Origin: Eledone cirrhosa | Lineage: Eukaryota | Length of the DNA stretch: 64,000 bases | Direction of reading: 5' to 3' | Assembly: GCA_964016885.1 (NCBI GenBank) | Contig: OZ024741.1 | Span: forward strand, 91,202,001 to 91,266,000 | Shown here: piece by piece, positions 40,375-53,919 of the stretch | Layout of the letters: the number at the start of each line of letters is the position of its first letter | Position numbering within the stretch: the stretch's first letter is position 1 | Notes under the pieces: model-generated | The model's input: only the letters and a program-made list of their open reading frames with translations | Database searches by the model: none | What the model was told of the DNA's origin: nothing | Translations under genes and position numbers: made by a program

Positions 40375-42115
40375 GGAATGCCAGCCGCTGTTACCTCAAT
40401 GGCCAAGAAAACTCATACAGAAAGATGGAGTGGGTGGACCAGAGCCATACGGACCCCCGAAAACCATGATGAATTAAAGATCGCACATGCGGTGGGGACC
40501 AGTATAAAACTAACCCTTAAGGAACATAAGTTTAATGGCAAAACATATGCCCAAGAGGGGGGGGGGCATTGGCGTTAGCATTGCACGTGACATAGTTAAC
40601 CTTTTTATGGTATGGTGGGACAGAAGACTTAAGGAACAATTAGATGATTATTTTAAAACACTGACTATGTGCTCCCGCTACGTAGATGACATAAATATCG
40701 TAGTAAAAACACCCTCACAGGAGAACAGTCAGGAATTAGAGAAGAACACCATGGAAAGCATTCAGCAAATAGTTAACTCCATTCACCAGAGTATTAAAGT
40801 TACTATAGACTACTCAACTAAACACTCAAACCATAGATTACCCGTACTAGACACATAACTCTGGTTGGAAACTATTAGTAATAGAACGCAAATCCTCCAT
40901 TCACATTATGCCAAACCCATGACCTCCAAATACTTGAATTATCGAAACTCAGCTGTTTCGGATCATATAAAAATCAACATACTGATTGCTGAGATACCGC
41001 ATGCAATTCTCTGGCTACAATCAGAGAGACAATATCAAGGTATATAAAGGAGCCTGAACCAAATGGGCAAAGATTGTAAAAATTATGCAAATGGAACTTG
41101 CCCCATGTATAGGAGCAAAGTTTGGAACAGAATAGAAAGGATTAGGAATAAGGCAAATAAAATCCACTCATGGTATGATAGCAATAAATACCAGAGTGTA
41201 ATGTTCGTCAGTACAACCTCTAGAGGCGAACTAGTTTACATATTTAGAAGGCACCTAGACAAACTCAATTAAATATCAAGATAGTTGAAAGACCAGATAT
41301 TCCCATAAAAACCCTAATTAGTAAAACATACCCATTTCAAAGATCCCCCTGTGCTGATAGGAAATGCATAGTCTGCAAGCTAAGCCAGCAAACTAACTGC
41401 AAAACTAGGAACGTAGTATATAGCAGAAGATATACTGGGAGACAATGAAGGAATAAGAACATAACATACATAGGTGAAACAGCCCATAGAATAGGAGAAA
41501 GGATAAGTGAACACTGGCGAGAACTCCAGGATGGGAAAAACTCATCAGTACTCCACGAACATGCCAAAATACAACATAAGGGCACATTAGTGAACATAGA
41601 AATAAAAATTATATCTACACACAGAAAAGATGCAATGCTCAGACAAATCACAGAGGCGACAAACATAAACGAACTCCAAGCAAAATTAAACAGAAAACAT
41701 GAGTAGAATAGTAACACCACAACTAGTAATTAAGGACAAAATGAAGATATACAGACACACACAAAAACCAAACTAACAAAACAAATCAGACACACACAGA
41801 TAGAACAAACAATCAACTAGTGACAAGTAAATAAATACATAAATAAATAAATAAAAACACAACACCCGGATGTTACGCATGCGCAAACTAAGTACACAAC
41901 ACACAAAAACAAGATGGTGTAGGACAGAACACAGGAGAGACACAAAATAAAAAAACCTAGTCACTGAGGAGGTCACAGAATGTGTGACGAAAAAGCTTTG
42001 ACAATATATAAACAACTATCCGGTTATCGAACCAACCAATCGGAAATTTATAATAAATTGAAGTGAAAACCAACAGCTGCGTGTGTTTTTATTGGCAGCA
42101 TGACCCTCTTAAAGT
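40375..42115 (+). mobile_element. Degenerate Neptune-like PLE
   Basis: GIGVSIARDIVNLFMVWWD...RYVDD, HSHYAKPM, CKTRNVVY..YIGETA; related to 5636-8712. Confidence 0.88.
41960..42002 (+). ncRNA. Hammerhead in the PLE pseudo-LTR
   Basis: GTCA-CTGAGGA-G-GTCAC-AGAATGT-GTGAC-GAAA-AAGC-TT-TGAC. Confidence 0.7.
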
Positions 42116-42235
42116 ATAACTATATATATATATTTAAAAGTTAAACAAGGTTCAATGAATACATCAAAGAATGAGTTTTACAATAGATTGGAAGCACTCA
42201 ACAGTTAAAGGTTTTCCAGAGTTATTATTATTAAG

Positions 42236-43750
42236 TGATCAATTATATTTTATTATACATATTTCAGAGGTACTGAGTTAAGTTTAACAGTACGTCCTCA
42301 TACATACTCGTAGTTACATTTATAAATAATTTAAATACTCAAATGACTCTATATTGTCATAAGTGTTTGATATTCCCTGGAAGTTCGAATTTATATAATG
42401 ATTTTTACTTAATATAATATAATTTAATTTAACTTATTTTATTTTAATTAAATTTAGATTACCTTCGGCTTTTTCAAATACTTAGCTCCTCTTTCTATCA
42501 CATTCGCTAAAATATTTTAGATGTATCTTTTGTCTACTATATTAAAACCCTATTACATTTATAATATATTTTTAATATTGGGCATATTTAAGTTTCACAA
42601 ACAATTCATTATCTTTTATTTGTATATTTACTTTGTATCTAGCCCCTATCATTAGGACTCATGTAATTTTGACTTATATGTTTATAGTGTATATCAACTA
42701 AATGAAAATAATTGATATAAAACATTAATTTTTTAACAATATTTTTTAACAATATTTTTTAACTATATATATTTTGTGAACAATATTTTCAGTAACTTAT
42801 TTACTATATTGTATTATACTATATATATTTGAAAGGTTTCACCTCAATTATAAACAAATAATAAACTATAATCCTTGTATATTTTTTTTTTCAACACATA
42901 TATATAATTAAAAATTCAGACTCCTTTAAGTTTAGTTATAAGGCCGGTTGATCCTTTAGGCACTCAAACTATTTAACAATAAATTCTTTAATAATTATAA
43001 CTAGAATTATTTTATGAATTGTATTATATAAACTGTTGTCAATATTATAAATAATTTTGGTAAAGATTACCTTCGTGAGGGTATAAAAGCATTATATATT
43101 TTCTTTCTCGTGTTTCGTAAATCCTTTAAATTTGTTTTCATAAAATTTAAATTTTAAAAATTAAACATAATTATAATATTAATACAAATACCTATTAACT
43201 TTTAAAACCTAAAATATTATTCATTACTCTGAAATAACTTAGATTAAATATTTTGAATATTAACGGCCAACTATATTAATTTGGGTATATGGAAAATTGT
43301 ATATAAACTTGAACATAAATTACTCCCTTTTGTCTCTCTCTCTCTAATCCTCTTTCATTTGTTTTTTCGAGCCACCTATTAAATATATTATCACATCAAC
43401 TGTTTCTTCCTCTATGCTTTCCCTTCCCTCCTCTTTCTTCAGTAGTTTAAAAAAAAAATTTTTTTAACTATTATATTGACGCCATGTATTTTTTAAGCTG
43501 TATTACAAGCACCCTCTCTATTGTTTGTATTATGTTATCTCATGTTCTCAATATTAGGGTATAAATATTTAGTTTCGTCATATGTTAATCACTACCATGA
43601 CTGAATCTTAACCATCTACTGTCAGGGTATGTCATGCATCATCTTATTTTATCTGATGAGGACGTACTGTTAAACTTAACTCAGTACCTCTGAAATATGT
43701 ATAATAAAATATAATTGATCACAAGAATATCTATTTTGTTAATATTTTGA

Positions 43751-43755
<5 letters not shown>
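42236..43755 (+). mobile_element. ORF-less PLE derivative: AT-rich UTR, HHR terminus and inverted 5' piece
   Basis: 42236-42301 is the reverse complement of 43656-43721. Confidence 0.75.
43645..43711 (+). ncRNA. Hammerhead
   Basis: TATTTTAT-CTGATGA-GGACGTACTG...CAGTACCTCT-GAAA-TATGTA-TA-ATAAAATA. Confidence 0.82.
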
Positions 43756-43801
<46 letters not shown>

Positions 43802-43947
43802 AAATATATATATAAATCATACACAAAACGCCAGCACCAACAGTTTTGCAAGAGATGTCAACATGAATGGACCTGTTATTTTTATCTAAAGACATTTTTT
43901 CCAATTCCATCCCCCCGTCCCCTCAACCTATCTTATTTCTCATTCTT

Positions 43948-43983
43948 TCTTCTGATGAAGGACTAGCGTCCGAAACGTTAAGA
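43948..43983 (+). ncRNA. Minimal hammerhead in a ~260-bp repeat (43810-44070)
   Basis: TCTT-CTGATGA-A-GGAC-TAGC-GTCC-GAAA-CG-TT-AAGA; palindromic ACGT stem III. Confidence 0.8.
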
Positions 43984-44067
43984 CCCTCTTCCTGCTATAT
44001 CAAGCGTTAGCCTATTGTATACCTTCCATATACTGTACCGATTGTGTTGTTATTTTTGTTTACCTTT

Positions 44068-44126
<59 letters not shown>

Positions 44127-44668
44127 GAAAGGTATAGAAAACATTGTAGCAAAAAGCCAACAGTATTCCATAATATATAAGTGACTATAGCGTCAAAATG
44201 GGAAAAATAGTTAACGTAAGATGTGGGAAAAATAATTCAAACTCATCTCAAAGAGAATCAGGATATAAATTCATCCACAGAATTTAGTGAAATCCAGGGA
44301 AAAATCAATAGAGCCTTAACTCATGATAAAATAAAGTTTAAAATACTCATCCTTCAATTTGGAAAAACTTCAAATGTTCTGTATAGTCTTAAAGACTATT
44401 TCACGAAAACTTTCAGTGGAGATGGTCACGGTTGGAATTCGATCCTCAGCAGAGCTCAACTCGATAACCAAAATTCTCACAGATTAATATGCCAAAAAGG
44501 GAATTTAAAACAGGCTAGTTCACCATCATGCGTGATTATGAAAAATAAAACGCACATGAGGAAAGACATGGCTGGTGACGTCCGAATGAGACGCATGTTT
44601 GTTTTCAAGAAACAACACAGTCAAAAAACATTCCGAAAAAACTCTACAATAAGGAGTTCAGCAATATA

Positions 44669-44740
<72 letters not shown>

Positions 44741-45496
44741 ATACATTAACAGAGAAAGCTTTAAGCAATACTCCGACCGGCTTCCATCTCACTCAACAAG
44801 CATTAGGATATACCTTAGTATAATCCCAATTTTACGTTTGGGGTGCTAACTATATGTATTTTGCGGATAGCCAGTTGTATTATTTTATATGAGACATAAT
44901 TAAAATACATCTCCCTTACATATACATATATATATATACACACATATATATATATATTTTTTTCCCTTCAATTTATTATAAATTTCCGGTTGGTTGGTTT
45001 ATATATATATATATACAAACCTATTCGAGCGCGTGCGCACATACACTCACATGTTCACACACTCAACCGTAGCGACGTGGTGGCAGACATACATACACAC
45101 AGGCGGTCTTACATGTATACAGATAGACAGATATACATATATAGACAGACACACATATATACAGATAGACAGGTGCATAGGCCGACGTATATATCGGTAC
45201 AGACATACACACATATAATCTGACACACATATATATACAGCCAGACAGGCACACAGGCGGACAGAAGTGCTTGTCAATGGTGTTGATGATAAGTATTTCA
45301 AATGTTTCTGACGTGCTACGAACATCCGCCGTTCATAGTATAGTTTTTACTTAATAGCTGTCGTCTGCGTAATGAAGAGTTTTCATTGAATGAAGTGGCT
45401 GTTAAATACACAACTTCCCATACATACATACATACATACATACATACATACATACATACATACATACATACATACATACATACATACATACATACA

Positions 45497-45997
45497 TGAT
45501 GGCTGCAAACTCTGCTACAAGTATTGCAATCGCTTGTCAGATTATAGAGTTCGATGCACGAACCTGAACAAGCAATGCCTATGCTTTGAAGGTTTTGGGG
45601 AAAGGCCTTGCACTCGACCAATCCCACTCTCTGAGCATCGAAAACACTACCCGAAAAGCAGAACTGGTCAACATCATCGGATGCTTCCGAAGCCACAGGC
45701 TATTTTTATTAGAGTTTCCTTTTCCTAGAAAGGTATTTTCACAACAAATAGGGGTCTTTCACTTCCAGGTGAAAAAAACAACAAAAACAAAAAAAAAAAA
45801 AACTATTTGGATGGTCATTGACTCTGTTGAGTTGCTCCGCCCTTTGCCGGGTCTTGTATATCATTCCGCAGTGTGTCCAAATATACCCTCCTCACCAAGC
45901 AAGCTTGGTGGGGTTGTCGGTTTAGTCACCGATGACCCGACCATGAGACAGGTTGTACTGGGTTACATGTTACCAGTAGCACCCGAGAGCGACCTGG
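45497..45997 (-). mobile_element. RTE-related non-coding repeat
   Basis: Homologous to 34970-35535. Confidence 0.6.
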
Positions 45998-47049
45998 CAT
46001 ACATACACATATGTGTGCCTGTGTCTATCTGTGTGTATACACCCCCACCCCCACCCCCCACACAAATATATATATTTAGCGGCTTCTGTTGTAGCGTCTT
46101 TAATGCTGGAATGAGATGCTGGTGTGTTGATTCGGTTGTTGTGTGTACTCGTGGATTACTCTGTTGTGTGGTCACTGTTGTGTAGAATGTAGGTGAACGA
46201 ATATTGGTGTGATTGATACAGTGTGACCAGAGATTGTGGGTGTGCAAGTAAGTGAGTAAGTGTTCATTATGATGATGATGATGATGATGAACCTTGGGTA
46301 AGTGATATTCCCTGATCACATAGGAAATAAAATATATCAACCACAATAACACAAAGCCTCTATGTTACTAATTTATTAAATATAACTTTCGTCGAAGTTA
46401 TACGACAATACATAAAGAACAACTAACCACAGTTCAATTCTGGGATGTTATGTATCAGGTATGGTGTGTATGCATGTTTGATGTGTGTCCAAAAGTAGAA
46501 ACAATTATTAAAAGCGTATTTACCAAACTTCTGTTGATACGATGAATTTCGTTGGCCTGGCAGAGAGAGAGAGAGAAAGGGGGAGAGAGAGACTCAAAGG
46601 GTCGGTGTGTGAGACTGTTGACCACTACATCTTAGCTGATCCGTAGGAACTATTTAAATCTCATATATATACAACATGCACACATACCCTCGGGTCCCAA
46701 ATAACAAGGGATGGGGGATCGGTAATTTTTCTAGGCTGTCTCCGTTGATATTTAAAAAAACCAGAATTAGTCGTTTAGTTTACATATTGAGACCCCAACC
46801 CATCCTATTTATTTTATAACGTATGGGATTTCTTGGAATATTCTTTTTTTGTCATGTATATTGTTTTTTAATGTCTAAAAAAAATTAATTGTCGCAGGAA
46901 TGTTACCAATTAAAATAAAATTCCTCCGGAGATAGACTAGCAACATTTGATAAGTGGGGTGAGGCTGGTGGAATTAGAGCAGGGATGGTGGAAAAAATCT
47001 GAAAATGGTGGTGATTATTCGTGACCCTGGAGAATATACATACATATGC

Positions 47050-48580
47050 GGCATAAAGTTACGGCCCTTTACGCTCTGAGTTCAAATCCAAGCGAGGTTA
47101 GTTTCCTTTTCATCCTTACGGGGTCGATAAAGTATAGCACCCGTAGTGCACTGGAGTCGATTTAATCGACTTTCCCTCCCCTCAAATTGTTGGTCTTGAG
47201 CCTAAATCAGAAACCATTATTCATATAAGAGCGGTGAATTGGCAGTATCGGTAGAGGGTTGGACGCCATGCTTTCTAGCATAGTTACGTCCCTTTACAGT
47301 CTGAGTTCAAATCCCGCCGAGGTTAACTTGCCTTTCATCCTTACGGGGTCGATAAAATAAAGTACCAGTAATGTACTGGGTAATTGCTGGCCTTGTGCCT
47401 AAAGTAGAAAGAATTATTCATATACAGCGGGCGGTGGATTGGCAGTATCGGTAGAGGGTCGGACGCCTTGCTTTGCTGCATTGAGTTACGGCCCTTTATG
47501 ATCTGAGTTTAAATCCCGCCGAGGTTAACTTTGCTTTTCATCCTTACGGGGTCGATAAAGTAAAGTACCAGCCACTCACTGAGTGTCGATTTAATCGACT
47601 TTCCCCTCCCCAAAATTGTTGGCCTTGTGCCTAAATCAGAAACCATTATTCATACACAGCATCACAAACATCTCCTATACGTTTATTTATTTTTACAGAT
47701 TTCTGGTATTGGACTGTAGCTATGAAATAGCTTATTACGTCAACTTTAGATTGAATTGCCTCCCTTTAGTGACACGCGTTTTAACCCTTTTATTTCCATA
47801 TTTCTAACGAAATAAATTTACTACAGGTTCCAATAAATTTCAAGTCACCAAGATTTCGTGTGATTTAGTAAAATAACGGACTCTTTTCATTATAAATCTA
47901 GTGTAAAGGTGGTGGATTGGCAGTATCGGTAGAGGGTCGGACGCCATGCTTTGCTGCATAGAGTTACGGCCCTTTATGATCTGAGTTCAAATCCCGCCGA
48001 GGTTAACTTTGCCTTTCATCCTTACGGGGTCGATAAAATAAAGTACCAGTAATGCACTGGGGTCGATTTAATCGACTTTCCCCTCCCCTCAAAAATTGCT
48101 GGCCTTGTGCTTATATAAGAAACCATAATTAATCTAGTGTAAATGGCGAAAGATTTATACGCTTTGGAATGAGGAAAATCAGCGCTCGCTTTGCGGTATA
48201 TAGTTGCGACCCTTTATGTTCTAAGTCCAAGTCCCACTGAGCTTAGCTTTGTCTTTCATCCTTACGGGGTCGATAAAATAAAGTACCACTAATACATCCT
48301 GTTCGACTTTCCCTGTCCTTTCAAATTGCTGGCCTTGTGCTAAAAGTAGATACAATTATTAATCTAGCGTTTGAGGATGGTAGATTGGCAGAATTCTTAG
48401 ATTGTCGAATAAAATAATTAATGGCATTTCTTCCTGCTTTTTACATTTTGATTTCAAATTCTTCTGAAGTAGCTTTGCCTGTCGATAAAATAAAGTACCA
48501 GTTAAGTACTGAGGTCGGTTTAATCAACTTTCTTCGCTCCCAAAAGACCCAGCCTTGTGCCTAGGATAGAAATCATTAGT
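47050..48580 (+). mobile_element. Cluster of six same-orientation tRNA-derived SINE copies
   Basis: Copies at about 47050, 47230, 47428, 47908, 48140 and 48375, each with the GGCCTTGTGC..AGAAAC.ATTATT end. Confidence 0.88.
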
Positions 48581-49355
48581 AAACTAGCGTTTGGAACAAA
48601 AGTGTTCTTAAAACAATATCTAACATAGAGGGTCGAATACACTGTATAATAGAACAAAATAAATAAGGATTAAAGAAAATGGTCTAGCATGCATTTCTGA
48701 TGAGAATCAGTGATTATTTTAGCATGCTGTTGACAATTGCTTGCGTAGTTCTAAATCTAATTTTATGCAGTAAGTTTACGATTTAGGTCAAATACTAAAT
48801 GTGCTTCATGGTTAAAAGACTTAATACACTCCTAAAATATAAAAAAAACAAACAAACAAAACAATTACAAATACTTCTCAGATACAGAGAATATCAAACT
48901 CTAGGTCAAACTCTAGCCCCAAAGGTTTAAGCAGTTCTAAAATTTCCTTAAACTAAACCCTGGCGAGAATTGAACTTAAATATGAACACTTTAAATTTTT
49001 TGTTAACATAGGACCAGAGACCTTCTCAGGCGGATTGGTATCAACACTGTCAAAGCATTCATGCACAGATACACACACACAAACACACACACAGACAAAC
49101 ACACACACATGTATGCATGCGCATGTTTTTACGCAGGTTATGTATGTGTATGTGTGTATGTATATATATATATATAGAGAGAGAATTAGTACATTTACCA
49201 ACCTATGTGTACAGATGTTCACCTATGCTAGGAAATATATATGTTATGTCTTAGTACCTTTGTGGTTCTATGCAGGGGGATGCAGAACAATTATATGAAA
49301 GACGTAAAATAAGAAAATTTAAAAAATAAAAATCAACTTACTTACTAAAATTTTC

Positions 49356-49437
49356 ACTCCAACTAATTAGTTTCTGTAAGGGGATAAATATAGTTACATA
49401 ATATAACTATAGAGAATTCCTTACGTCATCAGGGAGT
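49356..49437 (-). ncRNA. Hammerhead with long stem II
   Basis: Reverse complement of 50048-50129. Confidence 0.85.
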
Positions 49438-50047
49438 CTATTCTCAGCTAAGTTCCCAGGCGATGCGCGGACACTAGGAACCCATATAATAATAATAATA
49501 ATTCAGTGGATGGAACAAAGCTAGCGAGGACTAAATTCCGGAGTACTGAAAAAATTCACTACCCTTGGTCAGTGGCAGATTCTAAAGAATCAATCACGTG
49601 ACACTGAGGTTAATCAGTTAGGAGCGGGGTGGTATTATGACAAGAGCCTACTATTACTATGAATCAGCAGTAAATTTTGGCAAGTTTTGCTCAACAAATA
49701 ATTTGGAGATAAATATAGAAAATTAGTACATTTACCAACATATGTGTACAGATGTTCACCTATGCTAGCAAATATATATGTTATGTCTTAGTACCTTTGT
49801 GGTTCTATGCAGGGGGATGCAGAAAAATTATATGAAAGACGTAAAATAAGAAAATTTTAAAAATAAAAATCAACTTACTTACTAAAATTTTTAGAATCTT
49901 TAGAATCTGCCACTGACCAGAGGCAGTGAATTTTTTCAGTGCTCCGGAATTTAGTCCTCGCTAGCTTTGTTCCATCCACTGAATTATTATTATTTTTATA
50001 TGGGTTCCTAGTGTCCGCGCATCGCCTGGGAACTTAGCTGAGAATAG

Positions 50048-50129
50048 ACTCCCTGATGACGTAAGGAATTCTCTATAGTTATATTATGTAACTATATTTA
50101 TCCCCTTACAGAAACTAATTAGTTGGAGT
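50048..50129 (+). ncRNA. Hammerhead with long stem II
   Basis: ACTCC-CTGATGA-CGTAAGG...TATAGTTA/TAACTATA...CCTTACA-GAAA-CTAATTAG-TT-GGAGT. Confidence 0.85.
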
Positions 50130-50184
50130 GAAAATTTTAGTAAGTAAGTTGATTTTTATTTTTTAAATTTTCTTATTTTACGTC

Positions 50185-50234
<50 letters not shown>

Positions 50235-50359
50235 TAGGGAGATCGGGCCACGGCTGAGCACTTGCTGTTTCGATGCAAATTCTAAACTGTGGATAAGACA
50301 ATCTGTTGTGTATGAGCCGTCACGTCAGGGTCGTGGCCTAAGGTGATTGACATGTAGGT

Positions 50360-51218
50360 AATACATCGCGGAAAATAAACTGTATCATTTGTCTATTATT
50401 TCTTCATAAGTACATTTTAAACTTATAGCCGCGTTTAAATGATTTTTTATGTGGTTAATTTATACTGATTAAGAGAGGAAATACTGTATATATTTTATCT
50501 AATAATTATTCAGACTTACAATTTTTATATATAGCTCTGATTAATGATTATTTGCTTAATTAATTCTTCATTGAGCCACACTGTGAAAGGTTGCCAAACT
50601 CATATATGTATCTGTGACTATGTCTAATTATATATATATACCCCTTTGAATTTAATATATACTCCCGTAAGGTTGAGTAAAACTTTAGGCAGTATTCGGC
50701 TGCGCTTTCTAGCAACCAGCCTACTCGCCAACAGGCACCACTCACAAATTTTCTGCCTTGACTGATAGCCACGTGATAGTTCTTAGCTATTTTGAATTCA
50801 TTTCTGGCGGGGATCATGGTAGAAAAAACTTAGTCTTGTCTGAGGTATCTCCTGAAGAGTTCCAAGTCTCGTGGATATATCCGAGATCGGGTATATCCAA
50901 AAGTGGAACGAAATACCAGTGGTCGAGACTAGAAGAATTTTGGTAAAGTTTATGTACATTTTTTGTTCAAACTTCTATTATGTACCTAACACCGTGTAGT
51001 TAACTATTTGTCTAGTCAATTTCTACAGGCTAAAATAAATAATTAGATAAGTGTCATATGGCTGTACATCGTGGAAAATAAACTATCATTTGTCTATTAT
51101 TTCTTCATAAGTACATTTTAAAATTATAGCCTCGTTTAAATTATTTTTTATGTGGTTAATTTATACTGATTGGGAGAGGAAATACTGTATATATTTTATC
51201 TAATGATACTTCAGACTT

Positions 51219-51222
<4 letters not shown>
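50360..51222 (+). mobile_element. Terminally redundant ~704-nt unit with a hammerhead (retrozyme-like); related to 1-440
   Basis: 50362-50521 is repeated at 51066-51222; 50450-50590 is homologous to 300-430. Confidence 0.75.
50848..50928 (+). ncRNA. Hammerhead with extended stem II
   Basis: TCTC-CTGAAGA-GTTCC...GGATATATCCG/CGGGTATATCC...GGAAC-GAAA-TACCAGTGG-TC-GAGA. Confidence 0.75.
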
Positions 51223-51277
<55 letters not shown>

Positions 51278-51472
51278 CTTTAGGTTTGTTGGTTCACCAC
51301 TGGATAGAACTGGTCATTTCGTATGGTCAATCCTGGTGTAATATTGTGAAGAGTACTCAACGCTGTGCAGCTCACCCATCTTCGTTTGTGTAGTTGGTGG
51401 TGCGAATACGGAGTTAATTATAAATAAAATAACAGGAGGCTGGACTGGTGTAAATCCTTGAAAGGTTTATTA

Positions 51473-51528
51473 TACTATGATCATTTCAATGACCGGGTTC
51501 CATATGAATTCGGTGATATCATCAGGTA
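51473..51528 (-). ncRNA. Hammerhead
   Basis: Minus strand TAC-CTGATGA-TATCACCG...CGGTCATT-GAAA-TGATCA-TA-GTA. Confidence 0.7.
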
Positions 51529-52089
51529 ATGGAATATAACAAAGGAATGTGTAAAAAGCCATGGGTCCGAAAAATCAGAAACAGAGGGGACGGCTGGCCG
51601 ACTAGCTTCTCAGCCAGCCGCCCTCAAAGTGTTGACAACCGAAAAACTACCAATGAATATCTGGTAAGGGGGCTAAGGCTTACAATGCGCTACCACCACC
51701 CCGTCAAAGAAGAAGGGGAAGAAAGAAAGAAAGGGAGAAAGAAGTGTAGTGTAAGGGTCAATCTTCATTCATGTTAGAAAATGCCGCGAAAAAATGCTAC
51801 CCAAAGAATCTATAATGTGTGTCTGAAAGGTCTAATGTGTGAACCGAAGAGTGGAACGTTAAATTTATGTTGCGAGTTATAGGATGAAATTAAATTAAAT
51901 TAAAAATATTAAATTGCAAAATGGTAAATTGAAAAATAGAGGTAGCGAGATTTATTTATTTAATGAAATTACGGAGAGAGTCTTATGTGAAAAAAAAAAA
52001 GAAAAAAAAAGTACATTAAAAAAAATATATATATATCTGTATTTTTAACCGTTGGTCAATCAATGATAAACATTGACTGCCAAATAAAT

Positions 52090-52136
<47 letters not shown>

Positions 52137-52395
52137 TCATCATCATCATCATCATCATCACCGTCTTACGTCCGTTCTTCCACGCTAGCATGGGTTAGAC
52201 GGGTTGTCTATATATATATATATATGTATTTTTAACCGTTGGTCAATCAATGATAAACATTGACTGCCAAATAAATTAACTATGGAGATATAAAAGATAC
52301 AGAAGCGAAAACCAACCAAACAAGGAGCGTGTTCTGTTATTATTTCTGGCAATATTATAACAATATGACCCTCCCCAAGTATAACAACACACACA

Positions 52396-52473
<78 letters not shown>

Positions 52474-52514
52474 CGATATTAAATAAATGGAAACTATATT
52501 TATAAAACCATATT

Positions 52515-52580
52515 TATTTCATTATATATATTTCAGGGATATCATATTAAAAATATGTTATGCCTTCTTCAGACAAAATA
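52515..52580 (-). ncRNA. Hammerhead
   Basis: Reverse complement of 55388-55453. Confidence 0.8.
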
Positions 52581-52819
52581 CAATATAAACAGTCTTATAA
52601 ATAGATAGATTTGACATACCTTGCAACTTCAACTTCCATTTAAAAAGTTGATTTGGTAGTGAAAAATGTTAGGGACAGTTATAAAAAGAAAGAAAGAAAG
52701 AAAGAAAGAAAAAACGAAGAAAAAGAAGAAATGCATGCAACTAAATAGAGAGAGATAGATAGAGAGAGGAATTCATGTAAAGAAACAGAGAGAGATATAT
52801 AGAGAGAGGAAAAACACAG

Positions 52820-52871
<52 letters not shown>

Positions 52872-53919
52872 AAAAAATAGAGAGAGATAGATATAGATAG
52901 AGATAGAGAGAAAGAAAATAGGTAGTTGGGCACCAGTTGAATGACGTATCAATGATTTATTTATTTATTTATTTATTCATTTAGTTCTAGTATTAATATA
53001 GAGAGAGATATATGTGGTTAGGAGAGAAAACAGCCGTTACACAGAGAGAAAAGAAAAATATCCAGATATAAACGAGGCAGATTTAAAACACTGTTTCATC
53101 AATGTAAAAATATCAATTCGTATAAATCAGGCATTATAATGTAAATATCAGTATTCATGAATGAGACACGTATCAATAATGTGTGAAAAATAATGATCAT
53201 ATGTCTAGTTTAAAATTCCTAGGTTTATATCAGAGTTGAGATAAATAGAAGGTTATCCCAGATTCGATACTATAGACATCCATGTGAATTTACGTGATCA
53301 ACTCTGCAAATTCCTATTTCACACGAAAACATTCTCATTGTGCTATAAAAATTCTAGTATACATATATGTGTACATACACACAAATATATATAGAGTCTA
53401 CATTAATTTTAACAATACTATTCTTGTCTTTACTCTACATGATTATCGTTCAAGCATAAATAAAGAACAGATATCAATATATCAATAAAAATATCAGAAA
53501 TAAAAAATAAAAATATAAAAATATAAAAATATTAAAAATAAAAATATTAAAAATATTAAAAATAAAAAAATAAAACATAGTATGCCCCGCAAATCAACCA
53601 CAGAGATCAACCCTTCAAGGTTAATTGACAATATATTGCCAAGTTCGTTATAAGCATCAGAATCAAAAGCAAACAAAACCAAAATTATTTACCAAATCCT
53701 GTCTAGCAGAAATCATTCCAAAAGTTTAGGATACCCATTTGATCTACAGATGGTCTTATATTTAATATAGAGGTTTATCTAGTGTAAAATTTATTCGATA
53801 TACTTGGAGCATCAGCTTTTAGGGTAGTTTAATTATTCATGAAGAATGTTTAAAATAAAAAAGAAATCGAAAGATTTATCGGCGAGTTTCATAAATAATT
53901 ATAAATCAAGTTAAATATA

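Larger units (their letters stand above)
49183..50192. mobile_element. Non-coding tandem-plus-inverted element with two opposite hammerheads
   Basis: 49183-49354 is directly repeated at 49720-49891; 49292-49590 is the reverse complement of 49895-50192. Confidence 0.88.

Noticed and set aside
44223-44660. 172-aa ORF, possibly a decayed LINE 3' region
   Set aside because: No motif I can assign with confidence
47908-47998. tRNA-like A and B boxes
   Set aside because: SINE head; no complete cloverleaf, and it is followed by the SINE body
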